DNA from: Myxococcota bacterium
Lineage (GTDB): Bacteria; Myxococcota; XYA12-FULL-58-9; JALHOP01
DNA length: 64,000 nt
Assembly (NCBI GenBank): GCA_041288095.1
Contig: JBGGMJ010000136.1
Coordinates: 16,031 to 80,030, forward strand
Reading direction: 5' to 3'
Position 1 is the stretch's first letter. The number at the start of each line of letters is the position of its first letter. The notes under the pieces were generated by a model. It saw only the letters and a program-made list of their open reading frames with translations. It was not told the origin of the DNA and searched no databases. Positions 29,958 to 40,893 of this stretch are shown piece after piece. The position numbers and the translations under genes were made by a program.

Positions 29958-31349
29958 CTAGTAACTGATGCGGATCGGCCGCAGGCTGGTGGCGTTGCCG
30001 TTGAGCTCGCTGCCGAGGGCAAAGCTGATGGCACCGCTACGGCTGCTGACCGCGCGCCAGACGTCGGAAGCATTCGAGAGAATCGGCGGCGGCGTCGCCT
30101 TGCCGGCGAGCTCGAGCTTCTGCCACGACTCACGATAAGAGCGCGTCGTCGTGTGCAGAACGCTGCGGAAGAACGCCGCGCCGGCGCCGCCCGAGGGTGA
30201 GCGCAGGATCGGCTCGACCTTGCGACCGTTGAGGGTATTCGAGCGGCCGAAGTAGACGTCGGCGAGCTGCTCGGCCGAGACCGACGACAGACCAACCGAC
30301 GCGTTCGCGATAGCGTACAGGGCGCCCGGCTCGAGATCCTGGCGCGGCCGCTCGCTGGTATCGCCGGTGTTGCCGCGCTGGTCCGCGGGCTTGTCGTTCT
30401 CCTTGGGTGTCGTCAGACCCGCCGACGCCGGCTCCTTGGCGCTGGCCTGCGAGGACTGCGCGCTCGCCATCGTGGCCGGAGGGTCCTGACGCGACGGAGT
30501 CAGCAACGCCACTTGCGCCGAGACGTCGGGGTCGAGCGACTGCACGCTACTCGAAACCACGTTGAGGCGGCGGCTGAAGACGACAGTGCTGTTATGGAGC
30601 AGCGCGATCTCGTGCGAGCCCGGCTCGGCCGTGAGGCGCAGCGGCGTCTGGTCCATGACCTTGCCGTCGAGCTGGACGGTCAAGCCCGAAGGCGTCGAGC
30701 TGACGATGATGGTGCCCGGCGAAGCGGTCGTCGAAGTCTCGACGTCGGCCGGCTCGGGCTTGCTGGTGGTGCGCGCCGAAGCTTGGGCGACGCGACGCGC
30801 CTTTTCGCGCTCACGCTCGCGCGCCGCGGCTTCACGCTCGCGCTCGCGGCGCTTGGCGGCGGACTTCGCGTCCTCGCGCGTGTTGCTGGCGACGGTGGGC
30901 TTGTCTTCCGGCTTGTCCTCTTCGGGCTTGGCTTCCTCGGCCTTCGCTTCGTCAGCCTTGTCCGCTGGAGCGGCCGCGGCCATGTCGGTCGTCGTCACCG
31001 TGCCCTTGGCCGGCGACGTGCTCGAGCGGTCGCGTAGCTCCATCGCGATCTTCATGAGCTGCGGCAGATCGGCGCTCGCCTTGCTCGACTTGGCGGCTTC
31101 GGTAAAGCGCTTGACCGCTTCTTCGTAGCGTCCGCTTTCGAGCGCAGCGAGACCAGCGGCGCGCAGCGCGCGGCTCACGTCACCGGTTGGCTCCCCTTCG
31201 CGCGCCGGCGTGTCCGACCCACCGGCGCTCTCTTGGGCCTTGTGGCGTGTGAGCACGTAAACCGCGGCGCCCGCTACGTTGATCGCCACCACCACCGCGA
31301 CCACGTTGAGAGCGAGAGATGGCTTTCGCCGGCTTACTGAACCCTTCAT
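29958..31349 (-). CDS. TM-TPR-linker-PEGA protein with C-terminal phosphate-binding-protein-like domain
   Basis: N-terminal TM, TPR-like GLAALESGRYEEAV, PEGA (IIVSSTPSGLTVQLDG..TPL), C-terminal VYFGR...WQKLELAGKATPP...GAISF. Confidence 0.7.
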   Translation of the reverse strand: MKGSVSRRKPSLALNVVAVVVAINVAGAAVYVLTRHKAQESAGGSDTPAREGEPTGDVSRALRAAGLAALESGRYEEAVKRFTEAAKSSKASADLPQLMKIAMELRDRSSTSPAKGTVTTTDMAAAAPADKADEAKAEEAKPEEDKPEDKPTVASNTREDAKSAAKRREREREAAAREREREKARRVAQASARTTSKPEPADVETSTTASPGTIIVSSTPSGLTVQLDGKVMDQTPLRLTAEPGSHEIALLHNSTVVFSRRLNVVSSSVQSLDPDVSAQVALLTPSRQDPPATMASAQSSQASAKEPASAGLTTPKENDKPADQRGNTGDTSERPRQDLEPGALYAIANASVGLSSVSAEQLADVYFGRSNTLNGRKVEPILRSPSGGAGAAFFRSVLHTTTRSYRESWQKLELAGKATPPPILSNASDVWRAVSSRSGAISFALGSELNGNATSLRPIRISY

Positions 31350-31456
31350 TGCTGCACCTTGCGCGCGCCGGGCACGCGTCCGTCACGCGATCTTTTTCGT
31401 TTCGCCCGCACCTCTGCTTGCGGCAGAGCTGAACTGGAATTTCTTCGATTCTAGCC

Positions 31457-32629
<1,173 letters not shown>

Positions 32630-32833
32630 TCCTCCGCTCCTTCACTTTGCGATGGGCGACCGTTGCACCCCCAAGACAGGGGCGCGTGGTCGCGGCTGTT
32701 TCGCGCTCGCGCACGAACACGCGACGTCCTTACCGATGACGCGTTAGCGACGCTCTTTCTAACACCGTCCAGCCAGCAATTCGAGGAATCTTCACGTGGC
32801 GGCGCGGGGTAAGAGGACCAACCGCGGAGTATA

Positions 32834-32905
<72 letters not shown>

Positions 32906-33148
32906 TCGTACTTCTGCGCGCCGTCTACCCGTTGTCCTGACACGAAGTCAATGCAGACATGATCGGCGCACGCAGTCGCGACGTCAGATCTCGCGCTGCA
33001 CGAAATTTCCCTTACAGGACCTCACAAATTCGTGTGTGCGCGTGGCAGCGCGTGCGTGGAACACGGCCACAACTATTGCAACAATTGCATGTTTGACTGG
33101 GTTTAGATTCGCCAAATTTTTATCTACTGGGTACCGTTCAAGTACCCA

Positions 33149-34171
33149 ATGCAGTCGCAGTATCAGCCCCGGTCAGGCGTGCATTACCTCCTGCTGTACG
33201 CCTTCTTGTTCAGCTTGATGGGCGTGTGCGTGAAGCTCGTCGCGCACCTCCCCAGTCAGCTGATCGTGAGCGCCCGCATTGTCGTGACGCTGGTGGCGAC
33301 GGCCTCGCTACTCGGACTGAAGCGCGTGCCCGTGCTCGGGAACAACCGCAAGACGCTGATCTTGCGCGGCATCACCGGCACGCTGGCGCTCAACTGCTAC
33401 TTCTACGCGATGGCGCACATGCCCATCGCCGAGGCCATCCTCATTCAGAACACGACGCCGGTGTTCACGGGCTTGCTCGCCGCCGTCTTCCTGCGCGAGC
33501 GCCGCCACTGGAGTGTCGGGCTCACCACGGTCGCGAGCTTGGTTGGCGTGCTCATCATGACCCGCCCCGAGACCATCTTCGGCGCCTCGCAAGCGCGCAT
33601 GGACCTGTTGCCGGTCGTCTGCGCTCTCGCAGGCGCCATCTTCACGGCATCGTCGTTCGTCATCATCCGTCGTCTGGGCACCAACGAGCACCCGCTCGTC
33701 GTCGTCTTCTATACGCCGCTCGTCGGCGTCTTCCTCACCCTGCCCTTCACGGTGAACGGCTTCGTCATGCCGTCGGCGCGCGAGTGGATCGTCCTCGGCG
33801 TGCTCGGCATCATCACGCAGCTCGGTCAGATGGCGCTCTCCGTCGGCATTCGCCGCGAACCGGTGGCGCGTGTCACCAACCTGACGCATGCGCAGCTCGT
33901 CTTCGCGACCATCTGGGGTGCTTTGCTCTTCAACGAGTACCCCGACGGCTGGACGCTCATCGGCGCGACCGTCGTCGTCGGCGCGAGCGTCATCACCGTC
34001 CTCGCGGCGCGAGCGGACAACTCGGGCCCCTCCCCAGGCGACTTCGCGACCACGACATCGGAGCGCATGAGCTCGCTGCAGGCGCTGGTTCCAGAACCCA
34101 GCGAAACCGACGAGCCCCGCCCCCGCCACTCGGCGGCCGAGCTCTCCCAAGCGCGCACGCCTACCTCTTGA
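33149..34171 (+). CDS. DMT/EamA family transporter
   Basis: About 10 TM segments in two repeats; LILRG..G, TTPVF, RP, GALLFNEYP. Confidence 0.88.
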   Translation: MQSQYQPRSGVHYLLLYAFLFSLMGVCVKLVAHLPSQLIVSARIVVTLVATASLLGLKRVPVLGNNRKTLILRGITGTLALNCYFYAMAHMPIAEAILIQNTTPVFTGLLAAVFLRERRHWSVGLTTVASLVGVLIMTRPETIFGASQARMDLLPVVCALAGAIFTASSFVIIRRLGTNEHPLVVVFYTPLVGVFLTLPFTVNGFVMPSAREWIVLGVLGIITQLGQMALSVGIRREPVARVTNLTHAQLVFATIWGALLFNEYPDGWTLIGATVVVGASVITVLAARADNSGPSPGDFATTTSERMSSLQALVPEPSETDEPRPRHSAAELSQARTPTS

Positions 34172-34407
34172 TCGCCTCGCGCGGCGCGAGGCTAAAGGTC
34201 GAGTTCCGGAAACAAGCCGGAACCCGACGCCTGCTTTGCAGAGCGTCAAACGCGCGCGTTGCGGCCACGCGGCGGCTCCAGGCCGGGGGTTCACGGGCCG
34301 TCACCGCTAATACGAGCCGCGGCTCTCGCGACGCTGTCGCGTTGGGTCTCGCGCGGTGTCGCCCGGCCTTACGCGACGCTGCGAGCCGTTCTTGCTCGCG
34401 GGGGCGA

Positions 34408-35826
34408 TCAAAAGGTTAGGAGAAAACCGCTCTCGACGCCGTAGGCGCGCTGGTGCGCGTCGCTGACGATTGCGTCCTCGGGACGGAGCACGTGTAGCGT
34501 GTCGTAGGCCATGCCCTCGATCACGTAGGCGAAGTAGCGCGTGGGCCGCAGCTCGTAGCCGAGTCGCACGCAGACGTTGTGCTTGATGCCGGGGCCGGTG
34601 GTGCCGTTCGTGAGGACCACCGTGTTGGACGCGTCGCGCGTGTAGTTCGGCAGCACATCGTCGCGGTTGACGATGCTCGCCATGCCCGCGATTGCGTACA
34701 GGGCGTGGTGCATCGAAAACCTGCCGCGCACCGACACGAAACCGCCGTACTCATCGAGATCGGCCGCGGGTACCGCCACGGTGCCGTTGGGATTCAGCTG
34801 CGAGCCACGACCGAAGCCCAGCGCCAGCAAGCCAATGTTGGCATTGTTGCGGCCGAGATAACCTTCGACGCGGACGTCGAGGCTGTCACTGGGGTTGATC
34901 GTGAAGTAGACGGCGCCCGCCATCGCCATGGCGCGCCGCGTGTCGGGGCGATCCTTGTTGAAGATGAGCTGCGTCGCGATGCCCGAAACGCCGAGCGTCA
35001 GATCTTCGTCGACGATGGCGAGCCGCGCCGCGAAGGTCGGGAAGCGTGACAGCTCGAGCGGACCGTCGCGGCCGCCGGCGTTGTTACCACCCTGAAATCC
35101 GATGGCGACGCCCAAGTCGAAGCGCTCCGGGCGGAACACGAGCTTGAGCTGCTGACGGAAGAAGCCGGTGTTTCCCGCTTGGTACAAACCGCCGACGAAG
35201 TTGTAGGTGTGCGTCGACAGCGGCGCGTGCAGGTCGAAGTCCTGCCCGAGCTCGATGGCGAAGGCCTTGCTGGGAGCCCACGTCACCTTGGCGATGCGCA
35301 AGCGAGGAAAGGCGTTGATGATGGGCGTCGGCTTGGTGTTGTCCCAGAAGTCGACCTCGATGACTCCGCGAAAGTGACCGTTCTCGTTGACCGCGATGCC
35401 GAAGCGGCTCTGCACGATCTGCATCGAGAAGCGTCCCTGATCGTGCACGAACGAGGTGACGGGATTGCCCGCCGCGGAGATGGCGCTCGCGTTGGGCTGC
35501 GAGAACGACTCCATGCCGCGGAAGGTGTAGATCGCCGTGGGTTTGATCAGGCCGTAGACGCGCACCGCGGGCAAGGCGTCGAAGGGCTCTTCCTGCGGCG
35601 GCGCGAGCACGAGGTCGGCGGAGCCGCCGGTCGGCTTCGAAATGTCCTGCGACGGGATGATGGCCGCCCCGCCGTTCGACGGAGAATCATCGACGCGCTT
35701 CTTGTCGCCGTCTTGATCGCCCCAGAGCCCTCCTGAGGGAGGAGTCTGCTCGTCTTTTTCACCGGCGGCAGCGCCGCTCGCGAGAACGGCGCTGCAGAAC
35801 ATCGCGACCGCGATGAGCTTCATCAT
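34408..35826 (-). CDS. Outer-membrane beta-barrel protein (DcaP-like porin)
   Basis: Signal peptide; VYGLIK, QSRFG, IEVDF, PRLRIA, LGQ; C-terminal Phe. Confidence 0.65.
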   Translation of the reverse strand: MMKLIAVAMFCSAVLASGAAAGEKDEQTPPSGGLWGDQDGDKKRVDDSPSNGGAAIIPSQDISKPTGGSADLVLAPPQEEPFDALPAVRVYGLIKPTAIYTFRGMESFSQPNASAISAAGNPVTSFVHDQGRFSMQIVQSRFGIAVNENGHFRGVIEVDFWDNTKPTPIINAFPRLRIAKVTWAPSKAFAIELGQDFDLHAPLSTHTYNFVGGLYQAGNTGFFRQQLKLVFRPERFDLGVAIGFQGGNNAGGRDGPLELSRFPTFAARLAIVDEDLTLGVSGIATQLIFNKDRPDTRRAMAMAGAVYFTINPSDSLDVRVEGYLGRNNANIGLLALGFGRGSQLNPNGTVAVPAADLDEYGGFVSVRGRFSMHHALYAIAGMASIVNRDDVLPNYTRDASNTVVLTNGTTGPGIKHNVCVRLGYELRPTRYFAYVIEGMAYDTLHVLRPEDAIVSDAHQRAYGVESGFLLTF

Positions 35827-35829
35827 GCG

Positions 35830-37443
35830 CTACTGACCCGGACACTCACCCGAGATGCAGGGGCAGGTGTTGGAGTTGACGCAATCGAACGTGGCGATGT
35901 CTTCGTAACGGCCGCCACGCACCGTGAACAACGCGACGCGGTTCTTGATGTTGCCGAGCGCGTCGTAGTCCACCGGTCCGGAAGCGCCGGTGTACTCGAT
36001 GGGTTGTCGCGCCTGGATGGTGCGGATGGCAATGCGAATGTTGTCGATACCCGGGCCGACCGGCGTGATGTCCGCTCCAGCGGGGCACGACGTCTCCGGA
36101 CGCGCCACGCACGTGGTTGCCGGCGGGACTGGTGTGCACGTCGGGGCATAGGCACGCGCTGCGTTCACGCTACTGCAAGGCATCGCGTTGCGAACCTGCA
36201 CGCCGGTGATCTGATCCGGCGCGGCCGCGTCCTGCATGGCCGTGAACATGCCGAGGAGCATGGTCATCGCGTTGTCGTAGTAGATGGCATCGCGATAAAC
36301 CGGAACGAGACCGAACTTCGCCTGGAAGTCCGTCGCGAACTGATCACCCGTCGGCCCGTCCTTGACGACGTGCGAGACGCCGATCTCGCCTTCCGCGAGC
36401 TCACCGAGCACCAGGAGGTTCGAGCTGAAGCGGAAGGTCTGGAAGTGGACGACGCGAATCGAGCTGCCGAGACCCGGAAGGTTGCGGCCCTTGATGTTGG
36501 TGATGAACTGCACGTCGTTACGCCCGAAGGTCGCGACGGCGATGTAGTCGGGCTGCGCCGGCAGGAGGTCCGGCTCCGGCGGCGGCAGCGCGGTCTGCCC
36601 GGTGGGCGGAGGATTCGTGTTGAAGTGCGGGTTGTTGGGATAGTTGCCGTTGGTCGGGGTGAGGTCGACGTTCTGCGCGTCGAGCATGCCGTCGATGTCG
36701 GTGCTGAAATCGATGTCACGCGGATCTTGCGCGTTGTTGTGGAGCTTGCGCTCGAACACCACGCGACTCTGCTGATCGCGTGGCACCAGCTTCAGGAGCT
36801 CGGTCGCGACCGCGGTGGTCGTTGCCTGCCCGAACGCTTCGTCGGAGCCGTAGGTCTGCACCTTGATGATGCCGTCGCCGTTGACGTCGCCGCCGTTCGG
36901 GGAGGCACGAATGAGCTGCGCCACGACCTGCGCCTGGAGGCCCGTCGACATGATGGTCCGCGACATCCAGAACTGACTGTTGCGGCGTGAAGCCTGGAGA
37001 TCGGCGTCCGTTGGAACGGACGCGGTCGCCGAGAGAAAGCTACCACCGGTGCAGCTGCTGCACTGCATGGGGATCTGGAGCTCGTCGGTGACCCCCGGCT
37101 TGTTGGCTTCCTCGGCGATCTGCGTGGTGTCGATGGTCGCGGCTCTTGCGCCATCACGAACCGTGTCGCGAATACGATTGATGGCGCGGCTGTCCGCGCC
37201 GCCGACGACGTCGTTCTCGGAGTTCTGGGGACTGAGCTTGAAGTGGAAGCCCGTCTGCCCTTCCGCCGCGAGCGCGTCGTTGAACTGCCCCAACGCAAGC
37301 TCGACGGCCTGCAGCCAGGAAAGCTCCGAGTTGTTGCCGGTCTGATCGATGACCGCGCCGAGGACGACGGGCGTGCCCGGCTCGCTGTCACTGCTACAAC
37401 CGATCGCGCTGAGCGCCACCAGCAGGGCGAGAGAATACTTCAT
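35830..37443 (-). CDS. Lipoprotein with periplasmic binding protein type 1 (LivJ-like) fold
   Basis: Lipobox AIGC; LGAVIDQTG, YYDNAM, YTGASGPVDYDALG; Cys-rich inserts. Confidence 0.75.
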   Translation of the reverse strand: MKYSLALLVALSAIGCSSDSEPGTPVVLGAVIDQTGNNSELSWLQAVELALGQFNDALAAEGQTGFHFKLSPQNSENDVVGGADSRAINRIRDTVRDGARAATIDTTQIAEEANKPGVTDELQIPMQCSSCTGGSFLSATASVPTDADLQASRRNSQFWMSRTIMSTGLQAQVVAQLIRASPNGGDVNGDGIIKVQTYGSDEAFGQATTTAVATELLKLVPRDQQSRVVFERKLHNNAQDPRDIDFSTDIDGMLDAQNVDLTPTNGNYPNNPHFNTNPPPTGQTALPPPEPDLLPAQPDYIAVATFGRNDVQFITNIKGRNLPGLGSSIRVVHFQTFRFSSNLLVLGELAEGEIGVSHVVKDGPTGDQFATDFQAKFGLVPVYRDAIYYDNAMTMLLGMFTAMQDAAAPDQITGVQVRNAMPCSSVNAARAYAPTCTPVPPATTCVARPETSCPAGADITPVGPGIDNIRIAIRTIQARQPIEYTGASGPVDYDALGNIKNRVALFTVRGGRYEDIATFDCVNSNTCPCISGECPGQ

Positions 37444-37482
37444 GACCCGCGCTCCTCCCGAAAACGACGCTTGGGCGAAGCG

Positions 37483-39726
37483 TCAGAACGTTTGCGACAA
37501 CCTGAAGAAGAACTGACGACCTACGCTCGGGATGTCGAAGCCGCCATGCCCCGGGTAGCTGAAGCGCGCGTCGAGAACGTTCTTCACGCCCGCGAGCAGC
37601 CGCGTCTCGGCTTCATCCCCGAACAGGAAAATATCCAAAGACGTAAGTGTAAGGTCGAATGTAGCATAGGCTGGTAATTCGTACACGCCGCGGTTGTTCA
37701 AGAGCACGTTGCTCTGCGAGGCGCCGCGCGGCCCGACGACGCGCGCGGTGGCGTCGATGGCCATGAACGCTTCCGGCAGTCGCATCGTAAGGCCCGAGTA
37801 GATCGTGAAGTTCGGGAACTCGGGCGGCGCCTTGAAGCCGAAATTCTGCGTCCGAATCGTGTCCTCGTAGTTCTGAGCCTGCGCCGAGCCGGTGAAGTAA
37901 CCCGAGAAGCGCGGCGAGCTGGCGCGGAAGCCGAGCTCACCACCCGCGATGTCTTGGTTCGCGAGGTTACGCGTCGTGAAGTTGGTCGTGATCTGCGTGA
38001 ACTCGACCTTGTCGTAGATGCGCTGGTAGTAGACCGAGCCGTCGATGGCGATGCTGTTCGTTACAGCGTACGTCGTCGCCAGCTCGGTGCTGAATACCGA
38101 CTGCGGCTCGACCGGCGGCAAACCCGTGCTGTCGCCGATGGTGCGGTTACCGACCGTGTTGTACGCGGCGCCGAAGCCCGGCTGCGCGAACAGCTGCACA
38201 CCGGACGGCGTCTGGAAGGCGCGGCCGACGAAGAGCTTGCTGGTGACGCGCGGGCTGAACTGGTACGCGAGACCGGCGCGCCAGCTCAGCTGGTCACGGA
38301 ACAGATTCGGTGCGTCATAGCGGATGTTGCCGAGGAGATAGAGATCGGGGGCGGCGCTGAACGGGTTACCACCGATCTGCGCATAGACGCCGGTGTTGCT
38401 GATCGTCTGGCGCCGATCGACGCCGACGCCGATGCGGTCGAGGGTGTCACCGATGGCGCTGCCGGGCGGCGGGTCTTGGCCCGCCACGGGCTCCACGCGT
38501 CGAGTGAAGAAGAGGATGTCTTCGCGGTCGTAGCTGTAGTCGGCGCCGACCTTGAGCTCGAGTTGCGCCGGGAGGCTGGCTTCGAGCGCGCCGCCCACAC
38601 CCGCCGCAGTGTAGCCGAAGTTACGCGAGTAGCTGAACTGCGGCATGTCGGCGTTCGACATGAGCCGGTCGTTGTCGGTCGGCGAGCCACCGGAGACGTC
38701 GGCGTTGATGGACAACGTCACGTCACGGCCGTAGCCGTAGATGTAGTTGAGGCTCGCCCAGTTGTTGGTGAGGGCGATGCGGCTGTTGTGCGTCAGGGTC
38801 GCGCCGGGCTGGAACTCGGCGACCGAGTCCAGCATCTGCATACCGCCTTGCAGCTTGAAGATGCCGAGGCTGTCGAAGTTGCCGTTGAAGGCGCCGTAGA
38901 GTGACTTCGGCCGCGTCTTGTCGTTCTGACTCTCCGCGCCGCCGAAGAAACCGCGGAAGAGCGCCGAGGTATCGTCCTGGTTGATGAAGGTCTTGTGCAG
39001 GCGCAGGCCGGAGCGGTCGACCGTCTCTTGCGAGTACGCGACCATGATGTTGATCTTGTCGTTGCCGTAGCCGACGCGTCCGCTAAAGCCGAGCCCGCTA
39101 TTGCTGTTCACCGAGCGCATCTGGCCGCCGAGCTCACCGGTCAAGCCGTTGTTGGGCTGGCGCGTGATGATGTTCACGGTCGCGAGGAAGGCGTTGGCGC
39201 CGTAGAGCGCCGAGAGCGGGCCCTTGGCGATCTCGATGCGCTCGACCATCTCGAACGGGATGTACTCGGAGCCCAGGAAGGCCGTGAGGTCGGGGCGGAA
39301 GTTGACGGCGGTGCCGTTGATCATCACGCGGACGATGCGGGTACCACCACGCAGACCGGGAGACACGCCGCGGACGCCGACCGACGGCAGCACCAAGTCG
39401 TCGATGACGTACAAGCCGGGTGTGTTTGCCAAGACCTCGGCGAGCGTCGTCCAGCCGTGGCGGTAGATTTCGTCGCGCTCCCAGGTAACGACGTTCGCTG
39501 GTGCGAGCGCTCGAGACTGCTCGCGGCCCGTCGCGGTGATGACCGGCGCGTTGAGCAAGATCTCCGTATCCAGCGACGTCGCGCCTTCGATCGGCGTATT
39601 GGTCACGTCGGTCGCTGAGGTCTGCGCGCGTACTATCGTCGGCGACCCGACGAGACTCGCGACGACGAGCAGACACGTAGGGACTGCGCTGGAAACCCAG
39701 CGAGGGAGTCGGCCGTTGTGTATCAC
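37483..39726 (-). CDS. TonB-dependent receptor
   Basis: VITATGREQ..APANV plug, IEIAKGPLSALYGANAFLATVNIIT, C-terminal NVLD...GRQFFFRLSQTF. Confidence 0.9.
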   Translation of the reverse strand: MIHNGRLPRWVSSAVPTCLLVVASLVGSPTIVRAQTSATDVTNTPIEGATSLDTEILLNAPVITATGREQSRALAPANVVTWERDEIYRHGWTTLAEVLANTPGLYVIDDLVLPSVGVRGVSPGLRGGTRIVRVMINGTAVNFRPDLTAFLGSEYIPFEMVERIEIAKGPLSALYGANAFLATVNIITRQPNNGLTGELGGQMRSVNSNSGLGFSGRVGYGNDKINIMVAYSQETVDRSGLRLHKTFINQDDTSALFRGFFGGAESQNDKTRPKSLYGAFNGNFDSLGIFKLQGGMQMLDSVAEFQPGATLTHNSRIALTNNWASLNYIYGYGRDVTLSINADVSGGSPTDNDRLMSNADMPQFSYSRNFGYTAAGVGGALEASLPAQLELKVGADYSYDREDILFFTRRVEPVAGQDPPPGSAIGDTLDRIGVGVDRRQTISNTGVYAQIGGNPFSAAPDLYLLGNIRYDAPNLFRDQLSWRAGLAYQFSPRVTSKLFVGRAFQTPSGVQLFAQPGFGAAYNTVGNRTIGDSTGLPPVEPQSVFSTELATTYAVTNSIAIDGSVYYQRIYDKVEFTQITTNFTTRNLANQDIAGGELGFRASSPRFSGYFTGSAQAQNYEDTIRTQNFGFKAPPEFPNFTIYSGLTMRLPEAFMAIDATARVVGPRGASQSNVLLNNRGVYELPAYATFDLTLTSLDIFLFGDEAETRLLAGVKNVLDARFSYPGHGGFDIPSVGRQFFFRLSQTF

Positions 39727-39806
39727 GGTGCCCGTTCTAACAGCCGAGAAGATCTTCGACCAAGATTTTTTGTCGAAGCGACTTCTCCTCGCGATCCTCG
39801 AACAAG

Positions 39807-40892
39807 CTATTGCGACAAGAATCCGTAGGCGCGGACGTCACGCAAACAGCGTGCAAGATCGCGCGGCCCCACGCGTAGCGCGAGCTTCGTCACCGCTTCG
39901 CGCAACACCAGCACGTCGCGTCGCTCGCCTGGTGCCAGAAGTGGGCGATGCCCCACACCCTGCACGAATGACTTGGCGTCAGGGGCTTTCCCGACGACAT
40001 GTGTGTCCTCTGAAGCGGATTCCGGCGCGAGGGTCAGAGCGTCGGAGCCTTCGCCGCAGCCGTGCGCGACATCGAGGATCACCATCGGCCGGTCACCGCT
40101 GTCGATCTCCAACACCCCTTCGTCGCCGGGATTGGCGACGAACGAGGTCTCGCGACTATCATCCGTCAAAACGGACAGGTCCTCGATGACGGACGGGTCG
40201 CCACGTCGCCATGAGACCTTGATGGCGCGCGGCGCCACGAAGCTGCGCGGCCTCTCCTCGACGACGATGCGTACGCCGTCGTCGGACAAGACGCGCTGGC
40301 GCACCGACTTGAGCACCTCGACCTCACCGGACGCGCCGCGCAAGTGGACCGTCTGCGCGCGATCGATGACGTGCACCATCCCCGCCTCGTCGACCAACAC
40401 GCCAGCCGGCACCTCGCCCGGGCTCACGAGCTCGTACCCCGGCTTCTGCAGGTTGACCTGCTCCTGAAAGACCGCGCCGCAGGGTTGATTCGCCGGCAGC
40501 AACGCGAACGACTGCTGCAAGGTGTCGGGATTCTCGGTGCTGGCGACCACGAGCAGGAGCTCCCGGGGACCAGGCTTCACCCAGCGCATGGTCTCGAGCT
40601 CTTCGCCCGCCAAGGTTGGGCCGGTGCACGCATGCGACCACACCCCGCCCTTCTCGGTCGGCGTCTGCAAGAAGACCTGCGGTTTCATCGCCGGGCCATC
40701 GCGGGTCACCACGACCGCGTCGGCGACTCCGTCACCGTTGAAGTCGTAGTCGAGAAAGCCGAGCGCGTCCTTACGCACCTTCTTGAAGGCGTCGCTGTCC
40801 TTGAACGGCGTCGGCTGGACCTGCACCTTGCCTGCGCAGCTCGCCGCCAAGAGCGCGAGCAGCGCACCGCCAAAACGAACGACAGACTTCAC
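39807..40892 (-). CDS. Putative lipoprotein
   Basis: Lipobox LAASC; DFNGDG Ca-binding-like motif; begins 1 nt after the fadD stop. Confidence 0.7.
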   Translation of the reverse strand: MKSVVRFGGALLALLAASCAGKVQVQPTPFKDSDAFKKVRKDALGFLDYDFNGDGVADAVVVTRDGPAMKPQVFLQTPTEKGGVWSHACTGPTLAGEELETMRWVKPGPRELLLVVASTENPDTLQQSFALLPANQPCGAVFQEQVNLQKPGYELVSPGEVPAGVLVDEAGMVHVIDRAQTVHLRGASGEVEVLKSVRQRVLSDDGVRIVVEERPRSFVAPRAIKVSWRRGDPSVIEDLSVLTDDSRETSFVANPGDEGVLEIDSGDRPMVILDVAHGCGEGSDALTLAPESASEDTHVVGKAPDAKSFVQGVGHRPLLAPGERRDVLVLREAVTKLALRVGPRDLARCLRDVRAYGFLSQ

Positions 40893-40893
40893 G

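Noticed and set aside
32950..33148. AT-richer stretch with a TGCA-ACAAT-TGCA near-palindrome as an ncRNA or riboswitch
   Set aside because: No recognisable RNA family structure; most simply a promoter/operator region for the DMT gene
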